A stretch of DNA of 64,000 nucleotides from Pristiophorus japonicus (lineage: Eukaryota): contig NC_091984.1 of NCBI RefSeq assembly GCF_044704955.1, positions 241,118,001-241,182,000 of the forward strand. The letters run 5' to 3'. Of this stretch, positions 46,001 to 58,000 are shown piece by piece (position 1 is the stretch's first letter; every line of letters starts with the position of its first letter). Under the pieces are notes generated by a model. It made no database searches, was not told where the DNA came from, and saw only the letters and a list, made by a program, of their open reading frames with translations. The translations under genes and the position numbers were made by a program.

Positions 46001-49000
46001 GCACCTCCTCTTTTCCTAATCTGCCGCCATTCAGATAATCTGTCTTCGCGTTTTTGCCCCCAAAGTGGATAACCTCACATTTATCCACATTTCCTGCATC
46101 TGCCATGCATTTGTCCACTCACCTAACCTGCCCAAGTCACCCTGCAGCCTCTTAGCGTCCCCCTCACAGCTCACACCGCCACCCAGTTTAGTGTCATCTG
46201 CAAACTTGGAGATATTACACTCAATTCCTTCATCCAAATCATTGATGTATATTGTAAAGAGCTGGGATCCCAGCACTGAGCCCTGCGGCACCCCACTGCC
46301 TGTCATTCTGAAAAGGACCCATTTATCCTGACTCTCTGCTTCCTGTCTGCCAACCAGTTCTCTATCCACGTCCGTATATTACCCCAAATACCATGTGCTT
46401 TGATTTTTCACACCAATCTCTTATGTGGGACCTTGTCAAAAGTCTTTTGAAAGTCCAAATGCACCACATCCACTGGTTCTCCCTTGTCCACTGTACTAGT
46501 TACATCCTCAAAAAATTCCAGAAGATTTGTCAAGCATGATTTCCCCTTCGTAGATCCTGTCACTGCTTTCCAAATGTGCTGCTATTTCATCCTTAATAAT
46601 TGATTCCAACATTTTCCCCATTACTGATGTCAGGCTAACCAGTCTAAAGTTACCCACTTTCTCTCTCCCTCCCTTTTTAAAAAGTGGTGATACATTAGCT
46701 ATCCTCCAGTCCTTAGGAACTGATCCAGAGTTGATAGGCTGGAAAATGATCACCAATGTGTCCACTATTTCTAGGGCCACTTCCTAAAGTACTCTGGGAT
46801 GCAGACTATCAGGCCCCGGGGATTTATCGGCCTTCAATCCCATCAATTTCCCTAACACAATTTCCCGCCTAATAAGGATATCCTTCAGTTCCTCCTTCTC
46901 ACTAGTCTTTCTCCTCGGTCCCCTAGTACTTCTGGAAGGTTATTTGTGTCTTCCTTTGTGAAGACAGAACCAAAGTATTTGTTCAATTGGTCTGCTATTT
47001 CTTTGTTCCCCATTATAAATTCACCTGAATCCAACTGCAAGGGACCTATGTTTGTCTTCACTAATCTTTTTCTCTTCACGTATCTATAGAAGCTTTTGCA
47101 GTCAGTTTTTATGTTCCCGGCAAGCTTCTTCTCGTGCTCTATTTTCCCCCTCTCAATTAAATCCTTTGTCCTCTGCTGCTGAATTCTAAATTTCTCCCAG
47201 TCCTCAGGTTTGCTGCTTTTTCTGGCCAATTTATATGCCTCTTCCTTGGATTTAACACTATCCTTAATTTCCCTTGTTAGCCACGGTTGAGCCACCTTCC
47301 CCGTTTTATTTTTACTCCTGACAGGGGTGTACAATTGCTGAAGTTCATCCATGTGATCTTTAAAAGTTTGCCATTGTCTATCCACTGTCAACCCTTTAAG
47401 TATCATTTGCCAGTCTATTCTAGCCAATTCACGCCTCAAACCATCGAAGTTACCTTTCCTTAAGTTCAGGACCCTAGTTTCTGAATTAACTCTGTCACTC
47501 TCCATCTTAATAAAGAATTCTACCATGTTATGGTCACTCTTCCCTAAGGGGCCTCGCACAACAAGATTACTAATTAGTCCTTTCTCATTACACATCACCC
47601 AGTCCAGGATGGCCAACTCCCTAGTTGGTTCCTCGACATATTGGTCTAGAAAACCATCGCTAATACACTCCAGGAAATCCTCCTCCACCGTATTGCTGCC
47701 AGTTTGGTTAGCCCAATCAATATGTAGATTAAAGTCACCCATGATAACTGCTATACCTTTATTGCATGCATCCCTAATTTCTTGTTTGATGCTGTCCCCA
47801 ACCTTACTACTACTGTTTGGCGGTCTGTACACAACTCCCACTAGCGTTTTCTGCCCCTTGGTATTCCCTTTACCGACCACAAGCCACTCATTTTGTTGTT
47901 CTCAGAAAGCAAAGGTATTAACACCAATGCTTCATCCCGCATCCAATGATGGACACTAACGTTATCTGCGTATGATTATGTAATCCGCCACACACCAGGC
48001 ACTGAGAACTGTGCAGATGCCCTCAGTCGGCTACCATTGCCCACCACCGGGGTGGAAATGGCGCAACCCGCAGACTTGCTCCTTGTAATGGATGTTTTTG
48101 AGAGCGAAGGATCACCCGTCACGACTCGCCAGATCAGGACCTGGACTAGCCAGGACCCTGTGCTATCACGAGTAAAAAGTTACATCCTCAATGAGAGCTG
48201 GCCAGCGGTCCCAGGGGAAATGCAAGACGAAATTAAGCCGTTCCACCGACGCAAGGACGAAATGTTCATCCATTTGGATTGCCTCCCATGGGGTAATCGT
48301 GTAATTTTGCCAAAAAAGAGCAGGGAAATGTTTATACACGACCTTCACAGTACCCACCCAGGCATAGTCATGATGAAGGCTAACGCCAGGTCGCACGTTT
48401 GGTGGCCCGGCATTGACTCGGAATTGGAGTCATGCGTACACCAATGTAACACTTGCTCACAGTTGAGCAATGTATCAAGTGAGACCCCACTGAGTCTGTA
48501 GTCATGGCCCTCAAAACCGTGGTCAGGGGTCCACGTAGATTTTGCTGGCCCCTTTCTAGGAAAGATGTTTCTAGTAGCAGTGGATGCTTATTTTAAGTGG
48601 ATTGAATGTATAATAATGTCGTCCTGTATGTCCACTGCCACCATTGAAAGCTCCGGGCCATGTTTGCCACCCATGGTTTGCCCGACGTCCTTGTCAATGA
48701 CAATGGACCATGCTTCACCAGCTCGGAATTCAACGAGTTCATGACCCGCAATGGCATCAAGCATGTCAAGTCTGCGCCGTTTAAGCCCACATCCAATGGT
48801 CAAGTGGAACGGGCAGTCCAAACCATCAAGGAGCTTGAAACGCGTGACGGATGGGTCCCTGCAGACCCGGTTATCTCGGATTCTGCTCAGCTACTACACG
48901 CGACCTCACTCGCTTACCGGGGTTCCCCCTGCAGAATTGCTAATGAAGAGAGCATTCAAAACCAGGTTCTCCCTAGTCCACCCGGATCTCAATGATCATG

Positions 49001-52000
49001 TAGAAACCCGGCGTCACCGGCATAACGTATACCACGATCGCACGGCTGTATCACGTGACATTGAGGTTAATGATCCTGTATTTGTTCTTAATTATGGTCA
49101 TGGTCCCAAATGTGTTGCTGGCACTGTATTAGCCAATAGAGTGTTTGTTGTCAAACTTTTGAATGGACAAATGTGCAGAAAGCACTTGGATCAGACTGAA
49201 CTGCGGTTCACTGACAACCAAGAACAGTTTGAAGAGGACATTACCATCAATGATCCACCCACACACACCCAACCAGCAATCGACCTCGCGGTAAACCCCG
49301 AGGATGAACCCACCGTGCCCGACAGTCCGATCAGACTAGCCACACCGCAGTGCAGCAATGATCCAACCGACTCACTCAGGCCAGGACTTCAACTCAGGCG
49401 ATTAACCCGGGAATGTAGAGTCCCGGATCACATAGAAACATAGAAAATAGGTGCAGGAGTAGGCCATTCGGCCCTTCTAGCCTGCACCGCCATTCAATGA
49501 GTTCATGGCTGAACATTCAACTTCAGTACCCCATTCCTGCTTTCTCGCCATACCCCTTGATCCCCCTAGCAGTAAGGACCTCATCTAACTCCTTTTTGAA
49601 TATATTTAGTGAATTGGCCAATCACCTCAGCTTGTACATAAGACTTTGGGGGGGGGAATGATGTTATGTATGTAAACATTACCCAATGTGTAAGACATGC
49701 CACCAGGGAGCACACCTGTGGGAGACCCAAGGGTCAGCACATCCTAGGCAAGCAGGTATAAAAGGCAGACTACCATGCTGCCTCCTCTGGAGTTAGAATA
49801 AAGAGACCAAGGTCACAACAGTTTGAGCTTAAGATATACAGTTTTGTGGAGTTATTCTAAATGTAACAGGAAGTGCATTTGTATGGTGCGCTTGAGAAAT
49901 CTGGCATTTCAAAGTTTGCTGATGACACGAATCTCGGAAATGTAGTTAACAATGAGGAGAGTAACAGACTTCAGGAGGACATAGACCAGATTGTCGTAAA
50001 AACCCATTTGGTTTACTAATGTCCTTTAGGAAGGAAATCTGCTGCTCTTACCTGGTCTGGTCTATATGCGACTCCAGACCCACAGCAATGTGGTTGACTC
50101 TTAACAGCCCTCTGAAATGGCCTAGCAAACCACTCAGTTGCAATAAACTGCTACAGAAAACACTAATAAAACTGGACGGACCACCCGGCATCAGCTTCGG
50201 ACACGACAACGGTACACCCAGCCCAGTCGACCCTGCAAAGTCCTTCTTATTAACATCTGAGAACTTGTGCCAAAACTGGGAGAGCTGTCCCACAGACTCG
50301 TCCAGAAATAGTCATCCTCACAGAATCATAGCTTTCAGGCAATGTCCCAGACTGCTCAATCGCTATCCCAGGATATGTCCTGTCCCACCGGTAGGACAGA
50401 CCCACCTGGCTGTTCAGTGGTATACAGTCAGGAGGGAGTAGCCCTAGGAGTTCTCAATATTGACTCTGGACCCCACGGTCAAGCGTGGGCAAGGAAACTT
50501 CCTGCTGATTACCACCTACCGCCCTCCCTCAGCTGATGAATCAGTACTCCTCCACATTGAACACCACTTAGAAGAAGCACTGAGAGTAGCAAGGGCACAG
50601 AATGCACTCTGGGTAGGGGACTTCAATGTCCATCACCAAGAGTGGCTCGGTAGTACCACTACTGACCGAGCTGGCTGAGTCCTGAAGGACATATCTGCCA
50701 GACTGGTCCTGCAGCAGGTGGTGAGAGAACCAACACGAGAGAAAAACCTACTTGACCTCGTCCTTGCCAATTTACCTGTCGCAGATGCATCTGTCCATGA
50801 CAGCATTGGTAGCAATGACCACCGCACTGTCATTGTGGAGACGAAGTCCCGTCTTCACATTGAGGACACCCTCCATCATGTTGTGTGGCACTACCACCGT
50901 GCTAAATGGGATAGCAGAACAGATCTAGTATCTCAAAAGTGGGCATCCATGAGGCGCTGTGGGCCATAGTTGTATTCCACTACAAACTCTAACCTCATGG
51001 CCCAGCATATCCCTCACTCTACCGTTACCATCAAGCCAGGGGACCAATCCTGGTTCAATGAGGAGTGCAGAAGAGCATGCCAGGAGCAGCACCAGGCGAA
51101 CCTTAAAATGAGATAACAACCTGGGGAAGCTGCAACACAGGACTACATGCATGTTAAGGTGGAGGCTCCATGAATATCCCCATCCTCAATAACGGCAGAG
51201 TTCAGCAATCAAGTGCAAAAGACTAGACTGAAGCATTTGGAACCATCTTCAGGCAGAAGTGCTGAGTGGATGATCCATATCGCCCTCCTCCTGAGGTCCC
51301 CACCATGACAGAAGCCAGTCTTCAGCCAATTTGATTCTCTCCATCTGATATCAAGAAGCGGCTGAGCGCACTGGATACAGCAGAGGCTATGGGCCCCAAC
51401 AACATTCTGGCTGTCGTGTTGAAGACTTGTGCTCCAGAACTAGCCACGCCTTTAGCCAAGCTGTTCCAGTACAGCTACAAAATTGGCATCTACCCGACAA
51501 TGTGGAAAACTGCCCAGGTATGTCCTGTCCACAAAATGCAGGACAAATCCAAACCGGCAATTACCGCCCCATCAGTCTACTCTCAATCATCAGCAAAATG
51601 ATGGAACTGATGTCAACGGCAGTGCTATGAAGCGGCACTAACCAATAACCTGCTCACCGATGCTCAGGAACACTCGGCTCCAGACCTCATTACAGCCTTG
51701 GTCCAAACATGGACAAAAGAGCTGAATTCCAGAGTTAGTGAGTGACTGCCCTTGACATAAAGGCAGCATTTGACCGAGTGTGGCATCAAAGAGCCCGAGT
51801 AAAACTGAAGTCAATGGGAATCAGGGGAAAACTCTCCACTGACTGGAGTCATACCTAGAACAAAGGAAGATGGTTGTTAGAGGTCAATCATCCCAGCCTC
51901 AGGACATCGCTGCAGGAGTTCCTCAGGGCAGTGTCCTAGGCCCAACCATCTTCAGCTGCTTCACTGATGACCTTCCCTCTATCATAAGGTCAGAAGTAGG

Positions 52001-55000
52001 GATGTTTGTTAATGACTGCAGTGTTCGGTTCCATTCGCAACTCCTGAGAAAATGAAGCGGTCCATGCCCACATACAGCAAGATCCAGACAACATTCAGCG
52101 CCACACAAGTGCCAGGCAATGACTATCTCCATCAAGCGAGAGTCTAACCACCTCCCCTTGATATTCAACAGCATTACCATCGCCGAATCCCCCACCATCA
52201 ACATCCTGGGGGTCACCATTGACCAGAAATTTAACTGGACCAGCCACATAAATACTGTGGCAACAAGAGCAGGTCAGAGGCTGGGTATTCTGCGGCCAGT
52301 GTCTCACCTCTTGACTCCCCAAAGCCTTTCCACCATCTACAAGGCACAAGTCAGGAGTGTGAGGGAACACTCTCCACTTGCCTGGATGAGTGCAGCTCCA
52401 ACAACACTCAAGCAGCTCGACACCATCCAGGACAAAGCAGCCGCTCGATCGGCCCCCCATCCACCATCTTAAACATTCACTCCCTCCACCACCGGCGCAC
52501 CGTGGCTGCAGTGTGTACCATCTACAAGATGCACTGCAGCAACTCGCCAAGGCTTCTTCAGCAGCACCTCTAAAACCCGCGACCTCTACCACCTAGAAGG
52601 ACAAGGGCAGCAGGCGCATGGGAACACTATCACCTCCACGTTCCCCTCCCAGTCACACACCATCCTGACTTGGAAATATATCGCCGTTCCTTCATCGTCG
52701 CTGGGTCACAATCCTGGAACTCCCTCCCTAACAGCACTGTGGGAGCACCTTCACCACACGGACTGCAGCGGTTCAAGACGGGGGCTCACCATCACCTTCT
52801 CAAGGGCAACTAGGGATGGGCAATAAATGCCGGCCTTGCCAGCGACGCCCACATCCTGGAAGGAATTTTTAAAGAAAGACTGGTGAAATGGGCAGATGAG
52901 TTTAAAATAAATATTTGTTCACGGGTGTGTGTGCACAAACCGTTGAAGGTGGCAGGGCAAGTTGATAAGGCTGTTAAGAAGGCATATGGATATGGGATCC
53001 TTGGCTTTATAAATTGAGGCATAAGAGCACAAAATAAGGAAGTTATGCTAAATCTTTAAACTAGCAGGAGGGTCAGTAACCAGAGGACACAGATTTACGA
53101 TAGTTGTCAAAAGAACCAGAAGGAAGTTGAGGAAACATTTTTTTACACAGCGAGTTATGATGATCAGCAACGCACTGCCTGAAAGGGCGGTGGAAGCAGA
53201 TTCAAAAGGGAATTGGATAAATGCTTGAAGGGGAAACATTTCTCGGGCTATGGGGAAAGAGTAGGGTAGTGGGACTATTTGGATCGCTCTTTCAAAGAGT
53301 CGACACAGGTATGATGGGCCGAAAGGCCGCCTCCTGTGCTGTATGATTCTGTTTCATTAGCAGCCATGGGGAAAGTAATGCAGGAGGGTCTTAGAATCAG
53401 TAGAGCTGTTTAAGGACCTGTATAGTTCTACTGAAGTCTCCAGCTTGTAATAATGCTCGGTTATCCAGGAGCATGTCCTTGCTTTCAGCCGAGTCACCTT
53501 TGTAAGAATGGTGGTGGTTGTGGCAGTGACTGAGCCTGTAGGATACTCAATGGATCCCCATTAAATATAACATTATTTCTGTGACCAGGTTGACTGGGGG
53601 CAATCTCTAGTGGAAATTAAAAACCACAAGGAATCATTCATATCCTCACCACTCTCTGGGTGAAGAAGTTTCTTCTGAATTCCCTATTTGATTTCTTGGT
53701 GACTATCTTATATTGATGGCCTCTAGTTTTGCTCTTACCCACAAGTGGAAACACTCTCTCTGTGTACTCTATCAAAACCTTTCATAGTTTTAAAGACCTC
53801 TATTATGCCACCTCTGAACCTTCTAAGAAACCCAGTCTGTTCATCCTTTCCTGATGCGTATAAACTCGCATTTTTGGTACCATCCTTGTAAATAATTTTT
53901 GCACCGTCTCCAGTGCCTCTATTTCCTTTTTATAAAATGGCGACCGGAATTGTACACAGTACTCCAAGTGTGGTCAAATCAAGGTTCAACGTATGGTTAA
54001 CTTTTCAATCTTATCCCTCAAGAAATAAACCCTAGTGCTTGGTTTGCTTTATTATGGCCTTGTCAAGACAGACACAGACGTTCCAGCAAAGACACGATGG
54101 GTCGAATGGCCTCCTTCTGTGCCATACATTTTTATGATTCTATGATTGACCTGCGTTGCTACTTTCAGTGATTTGTATTCCAAGATCCTTTTGCTTCTCT
54201 ACCCCATTTAGATTCTTATTTTCCAAGTAATGTGTGACCTTATTCTTCTTACTAAAATGTAATACCGTACACCTATCTGTTTTGAAATTCATTTGCCAAT
54301 TAAATGCCCATTCTGCAAGTTTATTAATGTCATCTTGTAATTTGTTGCAGTCCTCCTCAGTATCTGTTCCCTCTGATTTGGTGACATCCGCAAATTTTGA
54401 TTCCAAAGTCTAAATTGTTAATATAAATTGTGAATAACAATGGTCCCAGCATTGATTCTTGTGGGGCCCTACTTTCCACCTTCTGCCACTCTGAATGGCT
54501 ACTCTTTACCCGTACTCTCTGCCTTTCTGGCTTGAAGCCAGTTAGCTATCTGTTCTGCTACTTGTCCCCTGACTCCACGTGCTCTGACCTTTTTCATAAG
54601 TCTATTATGTGGCCCCTTAGCAAAGGCCTTTTGAAAATCTAGATAAATTACATCTACTGCATTACCCTTGTCCACTCTCTCTGTTACCTCTCAAAAAATT
54701 CAATGATGGTTGGTCAAGCAAGACTTTTCCTTTTGAAATCCATGCTGACTATTCATTATTATATTTTTGATTTCTCGATGTTCTATTTTCTTTTTCAATA
54801 GGGCTTCCATTATCTTTCCTACCTTTGATGTTAAACTGACTGGACTATAGATCGCTGGACATGTTCTATATTATTAAATATAGGTATTTACGTTAGCTAT
54901 GTCCTCTGGCACTATGCCTGTTTCTAACGAATTATTAAATATGTGTAATAGGGCCTCTGCTATCTCTTCCCTGGATTCTTTTCAAATGAGCAGATGTATT

Positions 55001-58000
55001 CCGTCCAGACCTGGAGTTTTATCCTCTGTGTTTGATTAGTTTATTTAATACTTTTCCTTTTTTTTAAAAAATGCGGCAGGGGGCAGGGGGAAAAGAACAA
55101 AAGGGAAGGGCTGTGATAAGGTGGAAGGCAGGAGAGAACAAATGGTATCAGTGTAGGAGGCTGAAGACTGAGGTCAGCATGGGAGTGGGGCGGCCAATCA
55201 AAATGACAGATGACCGGAAACCCAGGGTCACGCCCTCGGACTGAACGGAGGGGCTCGGCAAAGCAACCACCCCCCTGTGTCCGGCCTCCCCAATGCTGAG
55301 GCGACCACATCGTGAGCACCGACCACAGCACACCAAATTGAAACAAGTATATTATGCGGACTATACTTGCTGTTTGGTGGGGGATGGGCATTAAATGTAA
55401 CTTTTAAAGTTTAAAAAAAATCACTATCAACAAAATGAGAAATCTGTCGTCAATGATGAAGGTTTTGTGCTGCAGCAATTGTAAAAACTCCCAGTCCTGG
55501 TGAATTTTTAATAAATGTAATGTTTGGGAGGGCATCTTTACTTTCGATAGTACGAGTCACTGAATGTCTAATTGAGAAGTTAGTGTTGTAAAATATGTTG
55601 TGTAAAATGGCACTTCATTAATATCCACTGCCAGATTTTATCCAGTTCTTTGTGATTAAACTATAAATGTATTTTTCTGTTTGTCCAGATTCAGAAATGG
55701 TTAGTTTTATTTGATGTGATGGAGTCTCTGATTTTCTCTTTCTAGCTGCTCTCCTGAAGGCATCGTCTCCTTCAATGGATGTGGTTCCATAAGTACTGGC
55801 GCCTTCTAGTCCTGGCTCAGTGTCCCGTCTTCCCAAGGGTAAGCCTGGCCAACTGACTGGTGCTGCCACAGCCGTGTGATCCTGTCCTTAACTCACGTCC
55901 ACACCAGCCCTTCCAGCAGGAGTCACCGGGTAATGAACAAGGGAAGGGAATTGCCAACAAATTGCCCCTGTAGTGTGGGGCTGCTCAGGACTGTTGCAGT
56001 ACCCTCACCACTGCCCTGGTTATATTGGCTAACTCTGCAAAGGCGAGTGATCCACAGTGGGACCTTACTGCTCTCAATGGCTCAGTGACACCCCAACTGT
56101 TGCACTTTTTGATTAATGATCGTCATGCTAATTATTGAACATTGTTATTTTTATTTCGATAGAAAACAAGATGCTGATTCCAAATCAAAAGTACAATCCC
56201 CTGGGTCCCTGCCCATGTGACCTAACCGCGCGAGCTTGTGACGTAAGATGCAGCTGTGATGAGGTATTTCTATATTTTAAATTATACAGTTACCCTAGAT
56301 TTTTAATTGTTTAATAGTGTGTGAAATGTAAGCATTTTACTCTGTTGGGTGAAGAGGAATGCACGTTGAATTGACAGTACTGTTTATTTAAATTGACGCA
56401 GTATCCACATGATCCCATTACATTCTGGATCACAGTATGCAGGAGAGCATTGTGAGGGATGGATTGGTGGAGGTGTGTTACCTCAGCGTTAATAAAAATC
56501 CACGCACAGACCTCCTACACCCTTCAGATGTAGTTTGGGATCTGGAATACTTGGTCTTTCCTTGAAATACCTGTGAACCTTTTGGCATGGGAGAAAGTCA
56601 TCCTCGCTTCGAGGGATTGCCTATGATGATGATGATTACCTCAATAGACCCCTGGAAATAGAAGCTATTTTCCACGTTGCACCATGCACCCTACAGCTGG
56701 AGAGATGCACTCGGCTCCGAGTACCATTGTTTAGTTTCCCCAATGACCCCAGGTTGTTGCCTGTAATGATCGGCTATCCGGAAACATGACTCAAGTGCAC
56801 GGACCAAATTTGGAACTCCGTGGCCCAAAGTCGTGGTGCTGTGCTGTGCTGTGCTTTGCTGCAGTGCCACATTAGAGAGGTTTCTGTAACATGATCTCCC
56901 AGATAGACATTGCTCCAGAGTCAAGAGCAACGGGTGAGTGTCCTCTCATCACTCGAGCACTGAACGGTGTCTAGTTCAGGCAGGTAAGGGGGGTGGTGGG
57001 AGCGGCAGAAAAACAGGTGTAGTCAAGAAAATAAAAAAATGAGGAGGGGCTTTAAGATCAACTGGTACCATCTTTTAAGAATAATGTAAAGATTTTTTTG
57101 TTCCGAGTATTCTTTTAAATTCGTGTATTCTACTCTCTTGCTTTGAATTTCTGATCAATATTAACTGTAGCGTTCCTGGTCTGTATTCGCTGTTCTTCCA
57201 TGGAAAGTAGAAGCCATCGGAAGAGTATCATAAATAATTAGTTAAGTGAGAGAGATTTGAGCAAAGTCATAATCTCAGACTAAATTCATTTATTTCTGTC
57301 ACGAGCAGACAGAGAATCAAATGATACTTTTTTTAAACATTATCCAATCCCCGTTTAAATGATCTCAACAGCCACATGTGGTAAAGCAATCCATGTTTTA
57401 ATAACCCTCTGTGAACAATGTCTAGCTTGCTCCCTGCCCCTTGTTCTTTTCCTGCTGATCCTCAGTCTATTCCCCCTTTTTACCAATTCACCAACCAGTG
57501 GACACTTGCTATTTACCCTCTCAAAGTCCCATCACCCTTCTATGCAATTATATAGGACCCTGGTGAGACCACACCCTGGAGTATTGTGTACAGTTTTGGT
57601 CTCCTTACCTAAGGAAGGATATACTTGCCACAGAGGGAATGCAACAAGGGTCAGCAGACTGATTCCTGGGATGGGGGGATTGTCCTATGAGGAGAGATTG
57701 AGTAAACTAGGCCTATATTTTAGAAGAATGAGGGGTGATCTCATTGAAACATACAAAATTCTTACAGGGAGGGTGTTTTCCCTGGCTGGGGAGTCTAGAA
57801 CCAGGGGTCACAGTCTAAGAATAAAGGATCGATCATGTAGAACTGAGATGAGGAGATTTGGAATTCTCTACCCCAGAGGGCTGTGGAGGCTCAGTCTTTG
57901 AGTATATTCAAGATAGAAATCAATAGATTTTGAATATTAAGGGAATCAAGGGATATGGGGATCAGGCGGAAAGTGGAGTTGAGGGAGAAGATCAGCCATG

